From Thermoplasmata archaeon (lineage in GTDB: Archaea > Thermoplasmatota > UBA186 > UBA287): DNA of 64,000 bases. The stretch is taken from the NCBI GenBank assembly GCA_011620765.1, contig WOYO01000082.1:8259-72258 (forward strand), in the 5' to 3' direction. The position numbers and the translations under genes are program-made. Shown in pieces: positions 9,054 to 17,031 of the stretch. Positions within the stretch are counted from its first letter, which is position 1, and each line of letters starts with the position of its first letter. The notes below the pieces were generated by a model that saw only the letters and a program-made list of their open reading frames with translations, did no database searches and had not been told where the DNA came from.

Positions 9054-9785
9054 GTGGAACTGTATGAAGGTGTTGAGATCATAGAGAGCTATCCCGCACT
9101 CTACATAGAACAGATAGATACTATTGTGATCAGCGACCTGCATCTCGGCTATGAGAGCATAGCGGCTGAAGGAGGTATAATGCTACCGAAGGTGCAGCTT
9201 GAAGACGCTATAAGAAAGATGCAAAAGATAGTAAAGTCAAAAGAAAGCAGAAGGATAATAATATGCGGGGATGTAAAGCACGAATTCTCAGAAACAACCT
9301 ACCATGAGTTCAGGGAGGTAAGCTATTTCATAGATTTCCTGCACGAAGCTTTTGAAGAGGTTTTGCTGATAAAAGGAAATCATGACACATTCATTAACAG
9401 AGTTGCTAGAAGAAAAGGTGTTAAGGTGTGCGATAGGTACTCTGAGGGTGGTTTTCTATTCATCCATGGGGATAAGGACATAGACCTAAACATCAAAGAG
9501 AAGTTTCTGATAATGGGACATGAGCATCCATCGATAGTTCTCTATGATTCGATAAATAGAGAAAAGGTGAAGTGCTTTTTATACGGCGAGTATAAAGGAA
9601 AAAATATAATTGTCATGCCTGCCTTCAGCTATTTTGCGCTTGGAAGTGATATCAACACAACAACGGAGCTTCTTTCGCCCATACTGAGGAAAATAGGAGT
9701 AGGATCATTCAAAGCTATAGGCTTGATAGAAGGGGAGAGTTTGTTATCTTTTCCAGAAATCGACAGGATCTCTAATCTTTCTTAA
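9054..9785 (+). CDS. calcineurin-like metallophosphoesterase
   Basis: ISDLHLGYE, IICGDVKHEF, IKGNHD, GHEHP motifs. GTG start at 9054 (no in-frame ATG that keeps the DLHLG motif). Confidence 0.65.
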   Translation: MELYEGVEIIESYPALYIEQIDTIVISDLHLGYESIAAEGGIMLPKVQLEDAIRKMQKIVKSKESRRIIICGDVKHEFSETTYHEFREVSYFIDFLHEAFEEVLLIKGNHDTFINRVARRKGVKVCDRYSEGGFLFIHGDKDIDLNIKEKFLIMGHEHPSIVLYDSINREKVKCFLYGEYKGKNIIVMPAFSYFALGSDINTTTELLSPILRKIGVGSFKAIGLIEGESLLSFPEIDRISNLS

Positions 9786-10221
9786 GGATGATATCTCTTA
9801 TCCTGTATTCTATATCTCTTTTCCTGAGAACCAGGAGCATTATTGCTTCATCATAAAGGTGCTCATCATATCTATCCTCCAGCTCTCTGAAATCGACTGA
9901 AGCTTCATAAGGATCACTAACCAGAGAGAACATATCCAGAATAGCTCTGGAGCTATTGAGCACTTTCTCTATTGATTGGGGATTAAAATCTCTAATGCTG
10001 ACGCTTTTTGTATCTACGGTTATCCTTATCCTGTTCTCTATCTCCTCTATGAGCCCGTAAAGAAATGCAAGCTTCAAAAGATCCTCCGCTACCTTTGGCG
10101 GGACCCATCCCATATTTATAGATATGTAGTTCACAAAGCTCTTCTTATCAATCTCATCCGTGCTGTAACTTATAAATGGGCTGGCAACGGCAGCTTTTAC
10201 GATATCATCCTCCCGTGACAA
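9772..10221 (-). CDS. hypothetical protein (149 aa), apparently co-transcribed downstream of the SAMP-like gene
   Basis: ORF whose start overlaps the SAMP-like gene stop by 17 nt. No recognisable motif. Confidence 0.45.
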   Translation of the reverse strand: MSREDDIVKAAVASPFISYSTDEIDKKSFVNYISINMGWVPPKVAEDLLKLAFLYGLIEEIENRIRITVDTKSVSIRDFNPQSIEKVLNSSRAILDMFSLVSDPYEASVDFRELEDRYDEHLYDEAIMLLVLRKRDIEYRIRDIILKKD

Positions 10222-10405
10222 TCCGCACCACCTCTATAGTGTCCCTCTCAGTAAGATCTTCGTCAATTGGGGTAAGAGAGCCATTTTTCAAAACCAGGTT
10301 TTCGTTCTCCTCCAGTTCCAATGCATTCAACAAATCTCTAACCTTAGAATTGTTGTTGAGAGTGAGCATGGTTTCCTTGCCTTTGACAAAAACCTTTATT
10401 TGCAC
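10205..10405 (-). CDS. small archaeal modifier protein (SAMP) / MoaD-ThiS-like ubiquitin-like protein, C-terminal Gly-Gly
   Basis: GTG start: VQIKVFVKGKETMLTLNNNSKVRDLLNALELEENENLVLKNGSLTPIDEDLTERDTIEVVRIVTGG then stop. Beta-grasp pattern and terminal GG. The track ORF 10205..10504 carries a non-coding N-terminal extension that would read through the TATA box. Confidence 0.6.
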   Translation of the reverse strand: MQIKVFVKGKETMLTLNNNSKVRDLLNALELEENENLVLKNGSLTPIDEDLTERDTIEVVRIVTGG

Positions 10406-10426
10406 ATAATAAGATTGTATTGTGGG

Positions 10427-10436
10427 TATATAAAAG
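10427..10436 (-). promoter_or_regulatory. TATA box (minus-strand reading cttttatatacc) about 23-30 bp upstream of the SAMP GTG start
   Basis: Canonical archaeal TATA at the spacing expected for a leaderless transcript. Confidence 0.5.
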
Positions 10437-10617
10437 CTGGGGTAGCTTAGCGGACTAAAGCGCCGGCCTCGAGAGCCGGTGGGCGAAAGCCCTCGGGGGT
10501 TCAAAACAGCCCTTTCCCCACAAGTTGATTTCGCAAAGCGAAATCCAAGATTTGCCCTTTAGGGCAAATCAGCCTTTGGACGCTGTGCGGAAAGGAGTGA
10601 AAATCCCCCCCCCAGCG
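10436..10617 (+). tRNA. tRNA-Ser (anticodon CGA) interrupted in the T-loop by a ~98-nt insert (candidate intron at 59/60, about 10505-10602)
   Basis: Acceptor 5' GCTGGGG (10436-42), U8 A9, D-arm GCTT/AAGC with GG in loop, anticodon arm CCGGC-CUCGAGA-GCCGG (U33, CGA), long variable arm GGGC-GAAA-GCCC (class II), T-stem GGGGG + TTCAA (10495-10504). Then insert. Then AT + CCCCC (T-stem 3') + CCCCAGC (acceptor 3', perfect complement of GCTGGGG) + discriminator G at 10617. The contiguous sequence cannot form a T-arm without removing the insert. Confidence 0.6.
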
Positions 10618-10619
10618 CT

Positions 10620-11288
10620 TTATAGAGTGAAACCTGCGTATAAGAGGCTCATAGAAAAAAGCACCAGAGCCCTTCTCACAGGCAAAGAAAAAACAGCTCC
10701 CAGAGGCTCCTGGAAATCCACAAGAAAAACCAGAGCAAAAAATGATGCCGATATGATCAAGCTCTTTATCCTCTGCCTTTTGTCTTTTGTAACGATAGAG
10801 TAAGCGAGAACACACAATGGTGCTATCAGAGCCATAGCTATAGATACAAATACAGCTAGTGTCGCTCCTTCTCCTATCACCCATTCTCCAATGCCCATCT
10901 CACGAAAGGATGGCGGATAGATGATTATCAGAGCAGTGTCAAGAACTACCAGTGATATAGGTAATAGAGCAAGACTCTTCCAGCGCTTTGGAGCGAGCGT
11001 GAATATACCGAACATCGCGCCGAAAAATGGCCTTGAGCGGCCGATAATGAAGGACAGGATAGCAATAAATGGGTAGGAGAGCACTACGCTATTCGTCTCA
11101 TCCGGAAAACGGAGGAGGAAGGTCACAAAATAGTCTGCAGAAAAAAACAGAAAGTACAGCATCAGAAAAAATGCAGGAGGTGCTGGAGTCTGCATGTATC
11201 TCATGAGGAGCTTATAGAAAAGAAAAGCCGCCAGAGCTACTATCGCGAGAGTGAAACCCTGCACTGCAAAAAGCTCGGCGGGATTCAT
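10620..11288 (-). CDS. integral membrane protein (multi-TM, 222 aa), function unknown
   Basis: Hydrophobic segments throughout. Its stop codon abuts the 3' end of the tRNA gene on the other strand. Confidence 0.5.
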   Translation of the reverse strand: MNPAELFAVQGFTLAIVALAAFLFYKLLMRYMQTPAPPAFFLMLYFLFFSADYFVTFLLRFPDETNSVVLSYPFIAILSFIIGRSRPFFGAMFGIFTLAPKRWKSLALLPISLVVLDTALIIIYPPSFREMGIGEWVIGEGATLAVFVSIAMALIAPLCVLAYSIVTKDKRQRIKSLIISASFFALVFLVDFQEPLGAVFSLPVRRALVLFSMSLLYAGFTL

Positions 11289-11506
11289 ATATGTTCTTTG
11301 TATCTACATTTATATTAACATTTTTACTTTTACTGCGTAATAAATATGGGGTCTTGAGCCAGGTAAGATATAGGTGCACATGGAGATGAAGTTTGAGCTT
11401 TACTGCATGCTCACAGGGCTTTGGGCAATCATATCCGTTCAATCATTTGCCCCTTCGGCGCAGAGATTTGAGCAAAATATATTAATTGTAAAGTAGTAAT
11501 TTAATT

Positions 11507-12460
11507 GTGTACTTCTACAGGTACTCAACACCGGAGGGCGGGAGATACCTATTATCTAAAGAAGAGATAAGAAAAATAAAAGAAAATGTTCCCAACCTAT
11601 CAGAAGGATTGAAGATAAAACTATCTGATAAAATGCTGCAGATAGTAAAGGTTAGCGAGGATGGTAGAGATCTCTGGGTACCAGCCCTCTCCAGGACCGT
11701 ATATCCCGATCCTATAGAGCGCTGGGTGGGCAGCGAGATATTCGAGGCCATAAATATTCTTTATATAGATGGGCAGGTAGCTCTCATAGGGGAGAAGGGC
11801 ACAGGCAAGAACTATCTCTGCGAGCTCATAACGGAGATATTCGGTCTGGACTACTTTCAGATAGCTGGTTCGGAAGATGTGAGAGAAGCTTCGATAATGG
11901 GATCTACAGAAGTGAGGCAGGGTGAGACAAAGTTCGTTGAAGGCATATTGCCACAATGGGCAAGAAAGGGCGGGCTATTGGTGATAGATGAATCAAACAT
12001 GATAGATCCTGCGATACTCATGAGGATCAATGAGGCGACAGACTTCAGGAGACAGGTAACGGTATCAAAGAGCACTGTCATAAAGAGGCACGATGATGCA
12101 TATCTGATACTAACGCTCAACCCCACAACAAAGACCTACGCCGGAACCCATAACCTGAATCTAGCTTTTCTTGACCGCTTTCCTGTTATATCCTTTGACC
12201 TTCCAACCATAGAGAAAGAGGAGGAGATCCTGAGAAGGAAGAACCTTACAGTGCCACAGAAGCTGCATGAAGCCATAGGAAGGGTCAGGGAGCTTTACAG
12301 AGAGGGAAAGCTCAGCAACACAATATCCACGAGACAGATTGAAAAGTTTGCTGCTCTCGCAGAGGTTGTTGGTTATGAGAGGGCCGTGAAAATACTTTTT
12401 ATTAATCAGTATATGGATCCTGAGGAAAGAAAAACTGTAGAAAGACTACTCCTGGGTTGA
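11507..12460 (+). CDS. AAA+ ATPase, MoxR/AAA_5 (CbbQ-NorQ-GvpN-like) family
   Basis: Walker A-like GEKGTGKNYL, Walker B LLVIDESN, sensor region LNLAFLDRF typical of MoxR-type ATPases. GTG start at 11507. Confidence 0.6.
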   Translation: MYFYRYSTPEGGRYLLSKEEIRKIKENVPNLSEGLKIKLSDKMLQIVKVSEDGRDLWVPALSRTVYPDPIERWVGSEIFEAINILYIDGQVALIGEKGTGKNYLCELITEIFGLDYFQIAGSEDVREASIMGSTEVRQGETKFVEGILPQWARKGGLLVIDESNMIDPAILMRINEATDFRRQVTVSKSTVIKRHDDAYLILTLNPTTKTYAGTHNLNLAFLDRFPVISFDLPTIEKEEEILRRKNLTVPQKLHEAIGRVRELYREGKLSNTISTRQIEKFAALAEVVGYERAVKILFINQYMDPEERKTVERLLLG

Positions 12461-12462
12461 GT

Positions 12463-13041
12463 TTAAGAGGGGGAGAGCAGCTCTGTGAATTCAAGCATCT
12501 CTTTCCCCTGCTCATTAAATATAGAGAGTCTTATTCTCTTTCCCTGTCTGCCTTCAAACGTTACCAGCACTTCACCATTTTTCCCCGGCATAAGAAATAG
12601 CTGATTGGATTTAACATCCAGATGTCTGCTATCCAGTTCTGCTGTGCATCTATCCAGAAATATGGGGAGATCCCCCTTATTTGAGATCTTCAGTCTTACC
12701 CCTATAAAAGCCTCATAGCTTATACCGCCTTTTTCATACCTCTCTTTCATAAGCGCACTACCAGCAATTTCTGTTTTTCCACCATAAAACTTAACTCTTT
12801 GCTCACATGAGCCGTGCTTACTCTCAAATATGAATGCATAAGGCCCTCCTAAAGGGGTTCTGCGTAACTCAAAGATCTTGAATAAACTCTGCCCTTTTTT
12901 AACGTCGTACGCAACCTTAGCGTCTGGGCCTATTATTCTAATGTGTCCCTCCTTTGGCGGCGTTATAACTACTTCTGCATAAACACCATTTTCCTTCAGA
13001 ACTAAAGTGCGGTATACTATTGAGAGTTTTTTACGAAACAC
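12463..13041 (-). CDS. hypothetical protein (192 aa)
   Basis: ORF convergent with the AAA+ ATPase (3-nt spacer between their stops). No recognisable motif. Confidence 0.4.
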   Translation of the reverse strand: MFRKKLSIVYRTLVLKENGVYAEVVITPPKEGHIRIIGPDAKVAYDVKKGQSLFKIFELRRTPLGGPYAFIFESKHGSCEQRVKFYGGKTEIAGSALMKERYEKGGISYEAFIGVRLKISNKGDLPIFLDRCTAELDSRHLDVKSNQLFLMPGKNGEVLVTFEGRQGKRIRLSIFNEQGKEMLEFTELLSPS

Positions 13042-13045
13042 ACCA

Positions 13046-13948
13046 TTAATCTCTCATATCTTTAATCTCTTTTTCGTTAACGCACCTCTCGCATTCACAC
13101 TGAATGGTTGTATGGGCTATGTTATACCTTTCCTTAAGCATCTTGTTTATGTCACTGACTATCCTGTTTATTTCTGCGGTGGAATCAACTATCACGTGAG
13201 CGCTTAGCGCATATATGTCAGAGCTTATGCTCCATACATGCACATCATGTGCCCCTTTTACTCCATCTATCTTCTTTATGTCTTTCTCTATGTTTTTTAT
13301 GTCAATCTCCTTTGGAGATCCTTCCATGAGTATGAGCAGGGATTCTTTTACTAAAGGCAGGGAGTTTGATAGGATGAAACAACCTATCATAACACTTATC
13401 ACTGGATCTATAAGCGTTATTCCTGTCACAGCGATTATTACGCCTCCGATAACAACGCCTATCGAGGATAGGGTATCGCTCAGAACGTGGATGTATGCTC
13501 CTCTGACGTTCAAGTTACCTTTAACGCTGCTCTGCATTCTGACAGCTACATAAGCATTGGCCGCAAGCCCTATTGTAGATACTATAAGCATCTCACCACT
13601 CCGTATAGACGCAGGGTGCAGAAATCTCAGGTAAGCGCTGTAGAAGATATATGACGCAATGAAGATGAGGAGAGCTCCGTTCACTGCAGCACTTATTATC
13701 TCTGCTCTATAATATCCGAATGTGAACCTCTTGTTCGCTTCCCTTCTGGCAATGTGAATTGAGAAATATGCAAGAAGCAGAGATACAAAATCCGTAAGCA
13801 CGTGAAATGAATCGCTGAGAAGAGCAAGACTGTTTGTCAACAGCCCCCCAGCAACTTCGAGTAAAAAAATTGAGGCTGAAAGAAGCACAAAAATCCTGAA
13901 ATCTTTTTCAAGCGTCTCTCTCGGGATCACATTCAGAATGGGATACAT
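13046..13948 (-). CDS. cation diffusion facilitator (CDF) family metal efflux transporter
   Basis: HVLTDFVSLLLAY...FGYYRAEI motifs and 6-TM + C-terminal cytoplasmic domain layout of CzcD/ZnT-type CDF. Confidence 0.8.
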   Translation of the reverse strand: MYPILNVIPRETLEKDFRIFVLLSASIFLLEVAGGLLTNSLALLSDSFHVLTDFVSLLLAYFSIHIARREANKRFTFGYYRAEIISAAVNGALLIFIASYIFYSAYLRFLHPASIRSGEMLIVSTIGLAANAYVAVRMQSSVKGNLNVRGAYIHVLSDTLSSIGVVIGGVIIAVTGITLIDPVISVMIGCFILSNSLPLVKESLLILMEGSPKEIDIKNIEKDIKKIDGVKGAHDVHVWSISSDIYALSAHVIVDSTAEINRIVSDINKMLKERYNIAHTTIQCECERCVNEKEIKDMRD

Positions 13949-14091
13949 TGTATTTTATTTTACTGGATTTCTGGTTTTGAACAAAAAAGGATATATATCA
14001 TGCATACGGGTCAATCAAACCTGAACAGAAAAGATCTCGAGAGACGAATAAAATAAAGCTCATCAACAGGGCAGGGAATTAAAGAGGGTTA

Positions 14092-15924
14092 TTAAAAGAG
14101 CATCAATACCCTTGCGAAAATGCCGCCTAAAGCTATTGCAAAAAAGGTCTCAAAAAGCACTATGCGCGCGGTTCTCTTTGGGCCTATCTCTTTTAGAAGG
14201 GCAGCCATCGTTGAGAGACACGGCGTATATAGCATGACCACCAGAGTGAAGGTCAGCATCTGCGGGGCGCTCATTATTGCCCCCAGCTCTGTTGTGCCAT
14301 AGAGAGTAAAAAGCATTGTTACCGTTAGCTCCTTCCGCACAACACCGAATATAAGGACCACACCGGTAAGAGCTGGTATAAGAAGCCACCCCTCCGTTAC
14401 AGGACTAAAAAACCCGGCTATTGGCTCAATGAGCCCATAATGGTTAAGTGCGCCCACGAATAAGCTTCCAGCAATTATTATTGGAAAGGCTATCTCTATA
14501 AAATCCATTGTTCTGTGGTATGTCTGCTTTGTCACAACGCTAATAGAAGGCTTTCTGAGGTTTGGCATTTCCATTATGAGCCCTACAGCTTCGCCAGGAG
14601 TAATTTTGTATGCAATCCGTCCGAGGACAAAGAGGATAACAAAAACCAGCGCATAGAGCAAAAGCACATATGCTAACCCCAATGTTCTACCAACAGCGCT
14701 CATAACCACAACGCTAATAGCAGAGCATGGCACAAGGGTTGAGAGAAATATAGTTATGTCCCTCTCCCTCTCTCCCTCCATTATCCTGCAGCCAAGGCAC
14801 CCAGGAACATTGCAACCAAATGAGAGCAAAAGAGGTATTATCGCTTTTCCATGGATGCCAAGTTTATGCATAACCCTGTCCGCTAAAAAAGCAGCTCTAG
14901 CCATATAGCCCGTATCCTCAAGAATACCTAAAAGGAGATAGAAGGGGACAATGTATGGCAGGACTATCGTTAAACCAGCAACAAAACCTTCATACAAAGA
15001 ATAAAGGACATTATCGCCTGTGAAAAAGCTTAACAAGAGGGCTTCTAGCGTAGCGCTAACAATATTGCCGAAGAAGAAGATAAGAGCAAAAATGCCTATA
15101 AAGAAGAAGATAAGCGAGATTGAACCTGTCAGGGGATCTGTGAGAAAAGCATCAAGCTTTTCAGAAAAGCTTTTCTCAGGCTTTATTATTCTCTGCACAC
15201 TCTCAACGATCTCTCTTACTACCCTATAACGCTCAGATGCTATGTATGAAAAAGCACCCATACTTATTCTATCTTCAAGTGCCCTTTTTATATCCTCTAT
15301 ATCGATGCTTATGGGTGCTGTGCCTTCGAGGAGTTTTATTGCCAGCCAGCGCTTCGGGTACTTCTCTGTCTTTATTCTCTCTTCTACCTTTCTTATCGCA
15401 TCCTCAAGTGCCTCGCTATACCTTACCTCTTTCTCTGGTTTCTTATCCATTTTTATGGCAGCTTCCAGCAAATCCGTCAAACCCTCTCTTCTTATAGCCA
15501 CAACGGGAACAACAGGAACCCCAAGAAGCTCCTGCAGCTCTTTTATGTTTATATCTATCCCTTTCGTATTAGCAAGATCCATCTGGTTGAGCGCTATAAC
15601 CAGAGGTCTCTCCATCTCTAACAATTGCAGTGTGAAATACAGGTTTCTTTCAAGTGCTGTTGCATCAACTACATTTATGATAACATCCGGTTTTTCATTC
15701 AGAATGTAATCCCTTGTTATATCCTCTTCCTGGGAGAAAGAGGATAGGGAATAGATGCCAGGTAGATCTATAACATCGATTGTGCGATCTCTATACTTCA
15801 GAGTCCCTTCAGCTCTTTCAATGGTTTTGCCGGGCCAGTTGCCTATATGCTGATGCAACCCTGTTAAGGCGTTGAATATAACGCTCTTGCCTACATTGGC
15901 ATTTCCTGCTAGAGCTATTCGCAC
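14092..15924 (-). CDS. feoB: ferrous iron transport protein B
   Basis: N-terminal G-domain IALAGNANVGKSVIFNALTG...DLPGIYSL followed by a large polytopic membrane domain. Confidence 0.9.
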   Translation of the reverse strand: MRIALAGNANVGKSVIFNALTGLHQHIGNWPGKTIERAEGTLKYRDRTIDVIDLPGIYSLSSFSQEEDITRDYILNEKPDVIINVVDATALERNLYFTLQLLEMERPLVIALNQMDLANTKGIDINIKELQELLGVPVVPVVAIRREGLTDLLEAAIKMDKKPEKEVRYSEALEDAIRKVEERIKTEKYPKRWLAIKLLEGTAPISIDIEDIKRALEDRISMGAFSYIASERYRVVREIVESVQRIIKPEKSFSEKLDAFLTDPLTGSISLIFFFIGIFALIFFFGNIVSATLEALLLSFFTGDNVLYSLYEGFVAGLTIVLPYIVPFYLLLGILEDTGYMARAAFLADRVMHKLGIHGKAIIPLLLSFGCNVPGCLGCRIMEGERERDITIFLSTLVPCSAISVVVMSAVGRTLGLAYVLLLYALVFVILFVLGRIAYKITPGEAVGLIMEMPNLRKPSISVVTKQTYHRTMDFIEIAFPIIIAGSLFVGALNHYGLIEPIAGFFSPVTEGWLLIPALTGVVLIFGVVRKELTVTMLFTLYGTTELGAIMSAPQMLTFTLVVMLYTPCLSTMAALLKEIGPKRTARIVLFETFFAIALGGIFARVLMLF

Positions 15925-16568
15925 TCTTCCACCAGTATCTTTTTAGCTAAACCATATCCTATCGCAACCTTTGTTCCCTTTACTTCAACCTCTATGGGGC
16001 CATGAGCCATTCTGTTAACAACCTTAATTTTTTCTCCTGGAAGAAGACCGAGCTCATTGAGCCTCATGGATGCTTTCCTCCCACAGAGTGTTCTGAAGAT
16101 AACAGTCTCTTTTCCTGTGGATATGTCTGCCAGCGTTTTCTTGAGGCACTCAGAGCAATCTTTTCCGCACCGGGGAATCTCTTTACCATCGTCAGGGCAC
16201 CTTTCTGGTGCGCCCAGAAATTTGCATAGAGCATCAGCGCTCTCCTCAGAGATCCCATGCTCAAGCTTGCATGCCTCGTTGTGCACGTCCTTTTTTCCAA
16301 GAAAATGAAGGAAGGACTCCAAAAGACGGTGCTTCCTCTTTATGTTCCTTGCGATATTCATACCTTCTTCTGTGAGTTCTATCTCTCCATATCTTTCATG
16401 CTTCAAAAGTCTCTCTTCGCTCAGTTTTTTAATCATTTCGCTGGTGCTTGCCTTGCTGACTCCCATTGCTTCAGAGATCCTGCTTATGCTGATCTTTTCC
16501 CTGTCCTCAAATAGAGCATATATCTCTTCAAGATACTCTTCCTCGTTCTCACTGAGCATAAAGTGCAT
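15915..16568 (-). CDS. DtxR/MntR-family metal-dependent regulator fused to a C-terminal FeoA domain
   Basis: N-terminal wHTH (EEYLEEIYAL...ISISRISEAMGVSKASTSEMIKKL) plus dimerisation domain. C-terminal SH3-like FeoA segment LNELGLLPGEKIKVV...GPIEVEVKGTKVAIG. Overlaps feoB start by 10 nt. Confidence 0.8.
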   Translation of the reverse strand: MHFMLSENEEEYLEEIYALFEDREKISISRISEAMGVSKASTSEMIKKLSEERLLKHERYGEIELTEEGMNIARNIKRKHRLLESFLHFLGKKDVHNEACKLEHGISEESADALCKFLGAPERCPDDGKEIPRCGKDCSECLKKTLADISTGKETVIFRTLCGRKASMRLNELGLLPGEKIKVVNRMAHGPIEVEVKGTKVAIGYGLAKKILVEECE

Positions 16569-16650
16569 AGGCTTAGTGTTATAAAAATGTTAGGAGAACC
16601 TAACTAAATATGGAGAAAAACATATAAATAATAATAGAGTTATACTTTCA

Positions 16651-17031
16651 GTGGTTATGGGAGCAAGCATAGATCGGATGATAGAGGAGATCCTGGATAA
16701 CTTCAACCATTCAGTTGAAGGAATTAGAGCCAGTGTTGTTGCAACAAGCGATGGATTGCCCATAGCCAGCGCGATGCGCGAAGACACAGATCTTGCGATG
16801 GTAGCAGCTCTGGGTGCTGCGATAATGGGGTCCTCAAAATCTGCGGTTACAACACTAAATCTCAAGGGATATGATAATACAATGATAAATGCAGCTGGGG
16901 GGAAGATAGTTGTTACTTCTTTTTCAATGGCCTGTCTCATCGTTGTTTTGGAGCCCACAGCCAATACAGGCCTGGTATTGATCGCCCTCAATGATGTCAA
17001 GAAGAAGATCTCTCAGATAATAGGCGAATGA
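16651..17031 (+). CDS. Roadblock/LC7 (MglB-like) domain protein
   Basis: Roadblock-fold pattern: ...VEGIRASVVATSDGLPIASA...AALGAAIMGS...INAAGGKIVV... Confidence 0.65.
   Translation: MVMGASIDRMIEEILDNFNHSVEGIRASVVATSDGLPIASAMREDTDLAMVAALGAAIMGSSKSAVTTLNLKGYDNTMINAAGGKIVVTSFSMACLIVVLEPTANTGLVLIALNDVKKKISQIIGE

Noticed and set aside
10205-10504. 99-aa version of the SAMP ORF starting MNPRGLSPTG
   Set aside because: The N-terminal 33 codons run through the TATA box and into the tRNA gene. The beta-grasp domain begins at the in-frame GTG 10405 with a correctly spaced promoter.
10436-10525. Reading 10436-10525 as a contiguous intron-less tRNA
   Set aside because: No T-arm can be formed (GGGGG/TTCAAAA/CAGCC gives 3 of 5 pairs) and there is no acceptor 3' strand directly downstream. 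The required bases are found about 98 nt further on instead.
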